A stretch of DNA of 63,404 nucleotides, filler included, from Sluysia triapertura (taxonomy: Eukaryota): NCBI GenBank assembly GCA_046118255.1. It is 5 parts of 5 records of this genome, joined end to end, with 100 filler letters (N's around TTAATTAATTAA, not from the genome) between each part and the next. Parts side by side here need not be neighbours in the genome. Positions count along the whole stretch, not along the records: positions 14,126 to 24,905 come from JBJNIA010193571.1; positions 25,006 to 39,069 come from JBJNIA010006883.1; 3 more parts are not named here. The stretch is one strand, 5' to 3'. The position numbers and the translations under genes are program-made. Shown one piece after another: positions 14,932 through 27,990 of this stretch; position 1 is the stretch's first letter; each line of letters opens with the position of its first letter. Below the pieces are notes generated by a model, which searched no databases, was not told where the DNA came from, and worked only from the letters and a program-made list of their open reading frames with translations.

Positions 14932-15980
14932 ATGGTCAGTTTAAAAATTAATCAAATCCGATGCCAACATTTAGAAAATCACCCAGTTCAGTTGCAAGAA
15001 ATTTATCATGATTTTATACGAATTAAATATAAAGATTTTGCTATTATTATAAGTAAAGTTCTAATTCATTTTGTCTACTATACTCCTTTAGAAAGCTATA
15101 TGAATTTACCAGAGCTCATTGTTGAAGCTATAGTTGATGTGTTTCGTGTAAGCGATGAAATGACGCAAGTGTATCGATACCTGTTGACTGTGAAAGGTAA
15201 ATTGAAAATTTTATATAACCAATTTGAATAGAAAAATCTAATGCATTCAAGTGCACTTTATCAAAGCTCCAACGTTTTGTGAATCCTGACATGAGTATTA
15301 GATTCGGTGAAGATTTCCAAGCTATTATTTTAGATTTACGTACGGACAAGTGCGATTTGAATGTCGAGGATGATTCCAGTGAAATGCCACGTTGCAAATC
15401 ATGTAAATACAAAGACATCGATGTAAAACTTCATTTAAGTAAATATGTTAATAAATGTAATTATCAAATGATGATAACGCATCATGATAAAGATGATGTA
15501 TACCTACTGTTATGTAACGAGTTTAGTTCTAAAGAGTTTTTAATTTACATATCTGAACTTAATTTTAACGTAAAAAAGCCAAAAAGATTTAAAAAGATTT
15601 CGAAGTCACTATCCAGAAATGTTGGATGTGCCTTAAATGCTGATTTTAAAACCAATTTATTAAATGAATTTGTGCAGACTTATTGTATGAGAGATTGTGA
15701 TGACAATTATGCAATCCAATTCATGCTGACGAGAACGACTGTAGTATCACCAAGTTTAAAAAATTTTGAAATTGGATATACTAAGTCTATACAATCTCAA
15801 GATATTAAACATGAGAATAAGAGTGAAGTTGAGGAAAACAAGGAAAAAGGATCGTATCTCTCTGCTGATACGTCATTTGATGTAAATAATGAATTTAAAT
15901 TTGTGTTATTTAGTTTCGGTCGTATTCTTCGTGTATGGTCGTTCGAGAGTAGTGTAAAGATTATAGTGTACCAATTATAG
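14932..15980 (+). CDS. Orphan two-exon gene, ~337 aa
   Basis: A 35-nt GT-AG intron (15197-15231) joins ORF 14932 and ORF 15279 in frame (..LTVKEKSNAF..); no family recognised. Confidence 0.65.
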
Positions 15981-17947
15981 TAAAACTTTCTGCATTATTT
16001 TCTATAGCCATACTTACAATAGAATTCGATTTTGGGATGGAGAATCTGGATGGTATTTTGCTACAACGTTTGTTCATGATAACTCTAACGGATTGATAAT
16101 AGATACATTTAAGACTTGTATTAATAAAACCTTAGCTTGTTATTACATTGACTTTTATTTTCAAAGTATTGATTTAAAACTTTTTAAGTGCCTTAAGCAC
16201 ATATCTTATAACAATAAATCAACGTATGATATAGATAAAGTAAAGACGATAAAATTTATTCGAAAAAAGAAAACCCCTACGCCCATAGTTGTTTATTATT
16301 AATTTATTTCAAGTGGAAAGTTAATTAATTATTAATTCACTCTATGTATCAAGTTAATCAAAGTTTAAGGAATTAAGCTTTTAAGTTACCGCTGTTAAGA
16401 ATTAACATTTTAGTATACGGTTGTCTTAAGCAAGATTTAGTAAGAAAAAGAAGTTTATACATTTAAGAATATTTTCTTCACGTAGAATTTTTTCTAGAAA
16501 TAAAACCCTGAAGCAACATCTTCTGCGTAACTAAATCTTTGACTTCAAGCGGACCCAAAAGATTATTTAAATCATATTTGCTTAAGTTTAAACAATTAAG
16601 AGAAAAATACCAGCACATCTTTAGCTTTTTTATATCTGAAAATATTGATTAAGTTATCGAATAATTATATAGTTGATTTATATTATATAACAATAATAGT
16701 AATAATAACAATAATAATCATAATGTGGTGACCAACCCAATAATTCAAACTTTTATAACATAATAAAACATCAAATTCACATTCAATAACGAAAATCATC
16801 AAATATCTACAAAAATTAATTCAAAATATTACAAACTTTATTATTACCTTCTCAAAGCATTTTTAATTCATAACTTTATAACATTAAAATTACATTCACG
16901 TTTAGACCATCAACGCACATTAAATTTTACTTAAAACATTTCAACCTATAATTCATAATATCAAATTACAATTACATTTAAAACCATCAATTTACAATTT
17001 GAAGTTCATTCAGAATATTATAATCCATAAGCTTACAACATCCAAACTTCACCTTCAGTCAAAACCATCAATCTATAATCTATAATTATCTAATAACATT
17101 AAAAGTACAATCACACCTTAAACTATCCAATTCTCATTTTAAAGGAATTCAAAACACTTTTAGTTCATAATTTTTAACATTTAATTGATGGCCAACCAAT
17201 TAATCTTAATAAACTCCAAATATATTAAAATCACATAATACGCATTTTTAAATCTATTTAAAACTAATCAAACATATCTAAAATCATATTCTTTAACAAC
17301 ATGTAACAATCTTGTAAAATTCATCACAACCGCTTTTATATCTTATTTCATTTCAGACCAACCAAAATAAACTTTTACTTTTCAAAATACTTCAAGCCTA
17401 CAATCTCATAACAAATAATACCATCAATTTACATTAAGCGATCCATCAAAAATATTTATTCGACACCTCATAACATCCAAACCACAATAACGTCTTAAGC
17501 CATTAAATTACATTAAATACATTAAAAAATCCAAAATATTTATCTCCAACAATTCAATCACAGTCACACTCGAAATTAATCAACAAATATCTCCAAAGTA
17601 AATTAAACACCATAAATCCACAAGTGGTACCATTAAATCTTAATATTCAAACATTACCATAACTCAAAAACACTAAGCAGCATTCAAAAAACATCGTAAA
17701 CATTTACACCTTAATACATCTTCAGCCAGAAACATCATTTCAGTTAAAACATTAGGTTTAATTATGCAAAGTTACTTAAAACCCCAAAAAAGTACTCAAG
17801 ATCTGTATGAAAAAGCGTCAGCACTTAAATCCATAAGGTTGCAAGTTCCTTTCGCTTTTATAATTTAGATATATTAAGAAATATTAAGAAAATCAAAGAA
17901 AGATCGTGTAAAAAATTGATATTTCTCAAGAATTTATGCATTTTTCA

Positions 17948-17949
<2 letters not shown>

Positions 17950-18018
<69 letters not shown>
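17950..18018. repeat. (AAT)n microsatellite inside a family A arm
   Basis: Perfect trinucleotide run. Confidence 0.95.
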
Positions 18019-18023
<5 letters not shown>

Positions 18024-18094
18024 CGTTATTATTATTATCACCATTTTTATATAATTAAATTAATTTAAATTAAAGCAGCTCAAAATCAACTGAG

Positions 18095-18290
18095 TTACCG
18101 CCATCATCAGTAATGACACTTTGCTTTACATTTACAATTCTGTGTCACTGTTGATTATGTTAGTCATCACATTTTGACGTCACTTTTCAAATCACAAAAA
18201 ATTAAACTTAACGATTATTGGCGGTCCAACCAAATCAGTAGTTGTGTTTAAACTCTCAAAATCATTTTTTGTTGGACAGCCAATCGTGAT
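18095..18290 (+). promoter_or_regulatory. Putative arm promoter: TCA-N-TGA palindromes plus ATTGG..CCAA(T) pairs
   Basis: GCCATCATCAGTAATGACAC, TGTCACTGTTGAT, ATTGGCGGTCCAA and TTGGACAGCCAAT; equivalents occur in other family A arms. Confidence 0.5.
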
Positions 18291-18425
18291 ACGGAAAATT
18301 TATCAACAAAAAATAACAATTGCTATTTCAACAAGCTTAAACGAGCGAATTTATATAAATCATCAATCTCATCAACAACTAGTTATTGTATAAAAATTAG
18401 ACTTACGAATTTAAAGAAAGAAATA

Positions 18426-19335
18426 ATGATGTTTAAGAAAGCGGTGACAGATTTTGATGTCGATTCTGTTATAGAGTATCCAAATAAATCTGAAGTTTGT
18501 CAAATATCACTTTTGTTCCAACTTGCACTAAATCAAGGAGTCAAAATCAAAATGGCAAGGTGCTTGTCATAATCCAAGATGTTACTTATCGACCCATTTC
18601 TTTACAGAAGCACGTTGCTCAACTTGAAGCTCAACTATTGACGAGAGATTTAAGAAGTGACAAAGAAATATTACAAACGTTACAAAACAGATTTTTGAAG
18701 CAGCGTAAAGTTACGAAATATTTCTCCGGCATCCATATTTTTAGTGAAAGTTTAACCGAAAATTTTCGAGATAGTGATAACTAAAATACACTTACAAGAA
18801 ATGGTCGTAATTTCGTCGTAAATTCCATCCTCGGCCTATAGAAACTTTAAATAATATTCTTGAGGTTTATAAAAATAATTCTGTGAAGTTAGATGAAGAA
18901 ATAGAAAGGATAGACCAAGAATCGGAGAACATTCGAATAAAAAACGTAATGCTCGATGATCGCAAACAGAAATACAATAATCACTACATCAATACTCACA
19001 AGGACCATGTTCTGCATACAAAATTTGTCCAACATCATGAATATTATAAATTAAGTGTCAAAAATGGCTATTATACCACCAATAAATATAGAGGTTGCAA
19101 TATCAAACGTAAATTCACTATTAAATATTCATGAAATGATACAAATGATAACAAAGAATGTATTTACAAAATTGAGTCTAATAATGTCAATGACCATAAA
19201 GTCAGAAGTAATAACTTTTATGCTAAATTTTGTTACAACAATGTTAATAATTGTAAAGGTACTGAGTTCAAATTTAATGACTATTTTATCCTAGGTGATG
19301 AAATTGAAGATGTTAAAGTAATAGCTTTCTTTTAT
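18426..19335 (+). pseudogene. Frameshifted orphan gene (cargo of the left arm)
   Basis: ATG at 18426 followed by consecutive overlapping ORFs 18497-18784, 18883-19134 and onward, on the same strand. Confidence 0.45.
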
Positions 19336-19773
19336 TTATTTGCCTTTATTGCAAACTTTAGTACCAATTGTTACATCAACTATCATCTTAATCGAAAACT
19401 TTACATGTATCCAGATATTGCTGTCTTGGTACAAGTTGTAACACGTCCTTGACCAACACCTTCCACATTTAATATCATTATTCATTAAAAAACGACTAGC
19501 TTCTTCATAGATCCTTCTAAACTCGCTTAAAACAACAGCAGAATACATCTCATAACTGGTCAAATCATCAGCCATTTTTGGTATTTCTTCTATCATCAAA
19601 ATAACATATGTTGTTCCATCTACAATTTCTTTATCTAGTAACTGCGTTAATTCTAACAAATTTTTTGTCATAACATGCTCGCTTTTCATTGTTATTTCCT
19701 CGACATTATCTACTAGCATTTTATCTAATGCAACTGGCCATAGATTGACTTTAAAAATATTTGAAATGATCAT
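19336..19773 (-). CDS. Orphan protein, 145 aa
   Basis: Open ORF with protein-like composition (CGRC motif); 3' end abuts the convergent gene. Confidence 0.55.
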   Translation of the reverse strand: MIISNIFKVNLWPVALDKMLVDNVEEITMKSEHVMTKNLLELTQLLDKEIVDGTTYVILMIEEIPKMADDLTSYEMYSAVVLSEFRRIYEEASRFLMNNDIKCGRCWSRTCYNLYQDSNIWIHVKFSIKMIVDVTIGTKVCNKGK

Positions 19774-20068
19774 ATAAACATTTGAGTTTCGCTCACTAAT
19801 GTAGTCTCTTTGGATGTTTATGAGCTGTTTTATATTTATTATCGAAGTTAAAATTAAAGTTCGATTTATTAAAAAGTGTGATATAATTGCAAATTTTAGT
19901 CTTAATTATTGTTACCGTATTTAAACTGAATTTATCAACTTTACATTGAATCATTGCTTTATTAAATCTATTACAAATATTTTTATACATAATGTAATTA
20001 AAATAACAATTAACACGTAAATAATAATTGATTTACACTGTAAAATTTAAACAGTAACAAATTCTGTT

Positions 20069-20615
20069 TTACGCTTGAACAAGAAAAATACAATCATCAT
20101 AATCTAAAAATAGTTGAAAAAGAGACTCGTAATTGTCAATGATAATTACACGAGTATTTGTAACAACTGGAATTGCATATCCGCCAAATGAAAGATTCAC
20201 TAGAACTCTTTGTTTTCTGATGTCACGAGCAATCCTGTAACATATTGTTATCAAAGAACGGTAGTTGTAACTCATTAAGTCCGTGAGCATACATGCATTG
20301 TTGACCATATTTAAAGCAGTGGCCAGTATCTGACGTACTGTATATACATTGTCAGGTTTTGTAATAACGTGAGTGACAGTTACGTTCCATATTTTTACTG
20401 TTTCTATGAACATACTGGCAATCATCTCCATTTGGAAAAAGTCCCGTGTATTTATCATATGAAGTACAATAAACATCATAATTGTAATTCAATGTATTAT
20501 CAATACTAGTTTCAAATGTTGTACTTTTCGATTCATTTAACAGCATGTTCCTCATTCGGTTCACTTGGTCTGACATAATCTGAGAACTATTTTTCAGGCT
20601 ATAATTTTTCTCCAT
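20069..20615 (-). pseudogene. Orphan gene with one frameshift (cargo of the right arm)
   Basis: Overlapping ORFs 20352-20615 and 20069-20479 directly inward of the right arm. Confidence 0.5.
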
Positions 20616-23600
20616 TATGATATGAGAAGTAGTAAAATTTATTAATTTAATTAAATCACTTTCTAAGACACAATTAATGTAATGATAGATGATATTGATG
20701 AAATATTCTAAACTTTAATTGTTTTACCTTTTATTCTCAATAGAGACAGTTTTTAATTATTACTTTCAGTGTTTATTTCTAAATATACTTTTTGAAAATT
20801 GTCTTTTACTATAATAATTTTGAAATAAAAACTTTTATTTTTACCTATTCAGCAATTTGTGTAACTGTTATTTTATAAAATTTTAATAACGAGTTTCAGA
20901 TTAAAATTAATTGTGACAGAAACAATATGCACATCTAATTGGCTGGCCAATTAGAGAGTAACTTATGCATTCCCGTGAAAATTTTAATTATCGAAATCTG
21001 TCAATAGTTGACAGTTAATAAATGAAATAATTTGTATAACTAAATCTGTCAATTATTGACAAAAAATATAATCCAAAATGACAATGAGATGATAAAAATA
21101 ATGGTGATGAAAATGATAATGATTCAATGTAGTAATGTGAAAAATAATAATTATTATTATAATGATAATAAAAATGGATTAAAATAATAATAAAATAATA
21201 ACAAAATAAATAATAAAATTATAAAGATATTAAAAACTCAAGTATTCTTTTCCTTCATAAATTTATCTTTCTTTAATATTAAAATTCTTTTCTTTTAATT
21301 CTTTTACTATTGTTTGAATAAAAAAGACAATATAAAGAGAATTCATGATGCAATATCAGAAATCTTATTGAAATAAACAAAATGTTTGTTGGAGGGAAAC
21401 GTAGTACATTGTTCTAAAATGAAAAAAGTATAAAAAGAAATTAATTAAGTTGGAGATGCTAAAAGAAATTCCATTTAAATTACTATTATGTTTTGAATTT
21501 TACTTACAAATTTTATGATTTGTGATGGAATAAAGGGTTAAGAAGTAAAGTTACAAGTTTTTGTGTATTATAATGTTGGCCACCACAGTTTCCACAAAAA
21601 TACTCACATTCAATGGATAATGAAGTTAAAACGTATGAAGACAATTTACGACCAATAATTGTTTTTAATTTTACATTCATCGATTTTTGTAAAACGATTT
21701 ATTTAATTATTATTAAGTCTTTATATTTTTAGGAGTTATCGCAGTGGCAGCATTAGTATTTAAAATAATAATAACTTTAAAAATGATAACAACACAATAA
21801 TAATAATAATAAATAGAATCTACAATATTAAATTTTATCTACCCATTACTTTGAGTAGATAAAATTTGACAAAAAATTAAAAACCAAAATTTAAAAAATA
21901 GCAATAAAAATAGTAATAATAATAACAATATACGTACAACCACTAATTGATTATGAAATTTATTTGTTTAATATTAATTCTATTAGCTCAGTTATCTGTT
22001 TAAAATTAAAAATTCGTTGAAAACAAAATTAATTGTCCAAAAACACTTAATGTTCAATTAGATTGCGACTTATCTAGAAAAACAAATAATGATCACTATA
22101 TTTTTCAAATATATTTTCGATAACTTATGCCTCGAAGTAGCATTTTATAAAACATGTCTTAAAAATAACTGATACTGCTTCTTGATATTAACAATGAGTT
22201 TACTATATCTCTTAAATACTCCTATGAATAATTTTTGCGTTTTGTGTTCCATCAATTATAGTAATTAAATGTAGATTATAAAATATGGTATCTGTGTCTG
22301 AAGCGCCGAATAAAACAATTATAATCTATATACATTTAGAGTATTTTTAAATAAATGGGGTGCTAAAAGTAACTACTGAATATTGAAGTTCAATATATTT
22401 AGAAATGCTCACAGTACAGCAGCAGAATTTTTATTAATTAAAATATGTTTTACTTAAATGCACTTATGATATTTGAATATGTTCTTTAAGATTATGAAGG
22501 TTCATTGGTGTTCAAATATCTCTGATTGAACAATCGATCTGTAATTTACTATTAAAACTGTGTACACATTGGCATTTAGAATGTCAGCATGTTCATTATG
22601 TTATGGTAGGCACGGATGTTATGCATTCACAAAGTGTTGTGCAAATATTGGGAATATATACGAAATTAAGGTTAAAATTATTTTTACATGGTATAAGTGT
22701 AATTTACATATTATTAACAATAGGTTATTCAAATTCTCGATTAAATCAGATGGAATCTTTGATTAATAGTCATTATTGGCCGTCCGCTCTTAACCATCAT
22801 AAAAATACGCACACACCGCACCAAAACTATTGAATCACCATAATTAATAATAAATAACTATCGTGTCTTAAATATGAGCTATATTTAAAAGAATTTGAAC
22901 TTGTCGTCCTATTCTGATATCTTATTGGAGTACGTCGTGATTAATATTATTTTCTAACAACTAATTATAACCAAAATTTATTATATTAAGAAAACTTATG
23001 TATTATATTTATAATATATTTTAGTTAGTATTGTATTTTATTTGTAGGCTTATTTACTTTATACATAATTTCATATTTACTTCATGTTTATTGAATTTTT
23101 TTATAATTTGATTACGCTCGTATCTACTGCAAAGTGCTAAAAAGCGCTTAAATTAAATTATTCACTGTAAATTTCTGAAACAGAAGGAGCTTTCCTTTTT
23201 TTAATATTTCATAATCTTCCAGTGATTTGGTATTATCTGGCAACTGATTGTATATTTTTGAGGCGTGTACGGTATCACTTAGCTTAATGTAAATTATTGT
23301 GTCAATGAAATATTTATGTTGGTTTCCAAATTTTTATTTTCTAAGAGATATTCGGGATTTCTGCAATCTGAGCAACTATAAATTATTGTCATGATTTTGA
23401 ATTCTATTCTGCTTTTATTAATAACCATAGTAATTTTTTATAAGATGTTACATGAAATCTTTTTTACTTGGAAAATTAGTCTTGATTATATATAAATTAA
23501 AATTAATTTTGAGTAATATCAATATTTGTAATAATATGAATATCTTATTACTTTTAAATTATGGGAAATAAACTTAAATTTCGAATTATCGAACATTAAA

Positions 23601-23972
23601 ATTATGTTAGGTAACTTCTACTTTGCATGAATTCTGTTGGTCAAAATGCTTTATTAGTCATCTCCTTGGAATAGTTTGTATACAAACTCCTATTATATCA
23701 GACTAGGAATAATTTCGGTCGATTTATAAGTTCTCGGCTAGTTGCTCAAGATAAATGATGATCAAGAAGATGATCGCATACACAGAGTTTCTGTAACGTA
23801 TCGCAGACATTATTATCATTAAGTCCATAATGTTTTATACATTGTTTTGGATTAGATACGTTGCATATTAATTATAAGTGATTGAGTCTAAAACCAGAGA
23901 ACGAGATTTATAAAATCAAAATACAATTCTGTACCTTAATTGATATATTTAAAGTGGATGTAAGATTGATAT

Positions 23973-24129
23973 TTTTGGGATAAAAAGGCCTAAAGTGCCA
24001 TTTGGTAAAATTGACTACATTAAAATGAAATTGTTAGACGGGATTGATATCTCAGTGGTAGAGCATCGAACTGCGCAGCTAGAGGTCCCGGGTTCGATCC
24101 CCGGTCAGTCCATTTTATGAAGTCTAACA
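23973..24129 (+). mobile_element. tRNA-carrying short element, copy 2, inserted in a gypsy remnant
   Basis: (T)TTTGGGAT...TGTTAGAC-tRNA core-TTTTATGAAGTCTAACA; TSD not resolved. Confidence 0.8.
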
Positions 24130-24905
24130 TTTGGTGATGATCTTGTCTGTTATTAGTTTTATTCTGTAACAATCTACACTCCGGTTGAGTATATCCTTTT
24201 CTATTACAATAATAACATATAATATCATTCTTAAACTGAACAGTTTTTCTAAAATTAGAAAATTTACTCGGACGATAATTATTTTTATAGTTATTTCTCC
24301 AGTCATTATTAAAATTGACCATTATTAAATTTTCTTGGTGGTGTAATGGCTATTCTTCTTTGTGGTGTTAACGATCTTCTGCGTTCATTATTAAAATTTC
24401 TGTTACCACTACCAAATCGATCTCTACTACGGCGTTTATTGGAAAAATCATTTTTGGGTGTCTGAGTATAAATTAGGTGTTTTAATATCATGTCGCTCCA
24501 TTGATTCAATATCACAAACCATAAAACTTGCTTTATATGGAGTAATTGATAATCTAGCTTCCATTTTTGTGGCCTTTGAATATCTTCTAGAGTTGTGGCA
24601 TCAGAAATGAGCAATTCTGATCCAATCGGATCCTTACATCCATCCAAAAATTTTTGCACGATCAATTCATTTCTCTGGTCATGACTAAAATTGGGAAATG
24701 CTTTTAAAGCTAACCGTTTCAAATCAAAAATATATTTTGTAACGGATTCATTTGTTCCTTGTATTCTGTTTCTAAATTTCCTACCATTTGTAAATTGAGT
24801 ATCTTTTGTGACCAGCTGATTTTCAAATTCCATTCCATGCGTTTTTCTTCAGATATATTTAAGTAAGCATCTAAAGCTCTTCCGCGCAAGTGTAATGGAA
24901 ATCTC
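24130..24905 (-). mobile_element. Ty3/gypsy LTR-retrotransposon gag remnant
   Basis: Capsid-like Q..ESV..YI.DL..LA motif and degenerate zinc knuckle CYYCNRKGYTQPEC; frameshifted. Confidence 0.75.
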
Positions 24906-25005
24906 NNNNNNNNNNNNNNNNNNNNNNNNNNNNNNNNNNNNNNNNNNNNTTAATTAATTAANNNNNNNNNNNNNNNNNNNNNNNNNNNNNNNNNNNNNNN
25001 NNNNN
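24906..25005. other. Artificial contig linker
   Basis: N44-TTAATTAATTAA-N44. Confidence 0.98.
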
Positions 25006-25510
25006 AAGTGATAATAATCAACTTTTTATGCAAATTTAATTGAATTTCTTAACGAACTCATAACTTTATCAATACTTTTCACAATGGTTCAACCCTAATC
25101 AATTAGAAATTAATCGTTAAAATCATTTATCAGTTAATTTACCTTATATAAACAATATTTATGTGTTAAATTTTTTTATGTAGAAGCATAAGCTCAGATA
25201 CTCGTTCCGATAACCTGGAATGGAAACGCGAAAGTAAGCCTCCGTTTTATTTTGAGATAACATTTATTTTACAAGAACAATTATCAATTTTGCTTTTTTA
25301 TGTAATTCTATCTTAGTCTCCTCCTTTAAATTTAATTTCAATGCAAAATATTATAGTCTTATCCCTCTTTTGGGACTCTACTTTTAATTAAAATTAATAA
25401 ACAGAATTAGAAATTCACTCGACTTATTGATAAAAATAAAAAACAAACTAAATTAAATAAAATTTATTTAATACAATTGATTAAAAGATTTATTCTAAAA
25501 AATTAAAATG

Positions 25511-25543
<33 letters not shown>

Positions 25544-25932
25544 GCAAATTATGAAGATTTTAATATTCAGAAAGTGAGAGTAATAAATAAGACTTACCCA
25601 CAATAAGATTTTCACTGATAAACAGTCAATTCCTAGTTATGCCTTTTCCTTTTAGATAAGATGTACTGTGCAATCCCAGTGATTATGACTTGAAATCCTC
25701 CTTTGTGTTTTTTTAATTTTTGCGTGTATTTATGTTGTTTTTTATTAATTTTTATTTATTTTTTATACGTAATAATATTTTACTATATATATTTAAATAA
25801 TAATTTTGTTAATAAGTAATGAAATTTTTCTATCAACATTTCATTTCAGTAGTGATACATACTAATTCTACTACTAATATTTCAATAAGTAGGTAATAAA
25901 ATAAGTAACATAATAATATTAAATTAGTATAA

Positions 25933-27000
25933 TGTGATGGCCAACTTTTTCATTCAAAATTAAAATTATTATTTTACATAAAATATCATATCTCCTAGCA
26001 TCTTACATTTTTCCTTTCAGATCCAGTAAAACCTTATTTTTATTTTTTTCAACAGTTTTAATTCACAACTTTGGAATATTAAACTTATATTTACAGTCAG
26101 ACAATAATGTACATTAAATTTCATTCAAAACATTTTAATCCACAATTTCATAATATTAGAATCACAATTCACATCTCAAATTATCAAATATACATTTAAC
26201 GTTTTAATCCAAAACATTTCAAGTTCACAATCCTTCAACACTCAATCATTAACATCAGCGAAAAACTTTGAAGCCATTTCAAAATCAAAATAACATTTCT
26301 TTAACTATGTATTATTTTCTTTAAACAATCATTTATCATCTCTTCCCACATTACATATCTTCGTAATCACTGAATAAAGTCATTTTAAAGAAAGAATTTT
26401 GCCTACAAGAATTTTATTAAGGTAATAGAAATAGAATTTATTTCAAAGAGAAAGTTAAATAAATAAAGTTTATGCATTTATAATTTTATATATTATCATT
26501 ATTATTATTATATTCACTTACTTTAATATAATTATTATTATTATGAAACCATCTTTATTATCTTTTATATCATTATTTATTATTATTATCATTATTGTTT
26601 GTTGTTAATACAGTCATTACTCGAATTAACAACTGTGACTGCTAACACATTTTATTTCATTGTCAGTCATCAGTGGACAGCTTAATTAAAGTTAATTCAA
26701 CATATTGTATTTACTGCCTACCGATGATAGACACTTATAGGAACAATACATTAGTTTCTACTCAATTTGTGGTTTGATTGGTCACCCAATCAAATTTTTG
26801 TTTTCTGGGTTTAAAAATATCTAATATTGCTAGATATAATGGACAATGATAGATACGCATTAATATAGAGCTTTACAGAATTTATTAGTTTAATAGTCAA
26901 CTATCAAAAAGAGATAGAGAAAAAATTTTTATTTTATCATTCAATTTAAAAATAACTTTTTAGATAAAAATTAAAAAATTTCGATTTTAGTGTGATGCCA
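25933..27000 (+). mobile_element. Family A arm
   Basis: TGTGATGGCCAAC start, C/A-rich ~78-bp degenerate repeats, TAAAGAAAGA, TAT-rich tract, and TTTGATTGGTCACCCAATCAAA palindrome near 26773; inner boundary approximate. Confidence 0.75.
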
Positions 27001-27019
27001 TCAATATTTCATTTATGCA

Positions 27020-27990
27020 ATGCAAAGAACTTAAAAGTAAAATGTAACAGAATAATGCAAGGCAATAATAGAATTGAATGTGACCAACAAATTGAATGGC
27101 TTGTTGAACGAAAATTAGATACATTTAATTTTAGAGAAATGCGACTATATCAATTTATTAAATAGATAAATAATAAAATAATTAGAAGTATTACAAAACC
27201 TAATAGATGAAAATAAAAGACTCATTATTATCGATGATATTCCATTAGATGATGAAGGTTATGATCATAATTATATGTTAATTAACTGTCAATCACTCAG
27301 AGGAAGATGATGGATCAATGTTATTAGTTGATAATCAAGTATTAATTGTAAATAGAAATTTTGCAAGAAAAATGATCAAGCTATTAATGATGAAACAACT
27401 GAATATACACACTGTCGGCAATAAATAATTTGACAACTTGTCTTAAAATATTGAAAACAAATTCATGCTCCAAAAGATCATCGTTTCATTTTACCAATAA
27501 AAATATAAACGAATTGAGTAAAATTAGTTTAATGTATTATCCAACAAATATCCCCCGTCACAATGATGAAAGTCACATCGATACAATCAATACTGCAGAA
27601 AATTATAACGCGTTTAGATCATTACAATGCCCATTCCAGTCCGACGAGTCGGGGGCATGTATTAAATTCGGATCCTCGTGTAAGTACTACTATTCTATTG
27701 ACCAAATTAGTTATATTGGAACTAATATATTTGTTTTCCACGAACATGTTCGGCGTATACAAAGTCTACTAAAAACCATCCTCGATTTCAGCAAAGCAAG
27801 TATTCCAATATGTAAAGAGAATTACAATGAACTCATCGGCGAGACTCAATCATTAGATGCTTAAACCACAGCAATTTTAAAGTAATCTTAATTTTTGATA
27901 TTCATTTAGTACTTAATATTTGTTTTTTGCATAATTCTAGGAGCCTGCAATCTATGAAACTGACGACGTGTTCCCGTGTAAGCATTCTGG
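27020..27990 (+). pseudogene. Degenerate orphan gene inward of the arm
   Basis: 144-aa ORF 27430-27864 with disrupted coding-like flanks. Confidence 0.4.

Larger units (their letters stand above)
16724..21587. mobile_element. Two-armed TGT...ACA element (family A) with convergent orphan genes
   Basis: Left TGTGGTGACCAAC, right reverse complement TGTGGTGGCCAAC (12/13); both arms strand-skewed, with shared motifs; no TSD (ATAA vs GTTT). Confidence 0.7.

Noticed and set aside
24041-24113. Functional tRNA-Arg(GCG) or tRNA-Ala gene
   Set aside because: The anticodon stem does not pair, position 37 is a pyrimidine, and the copies are divergent and embedded in a mobile unit
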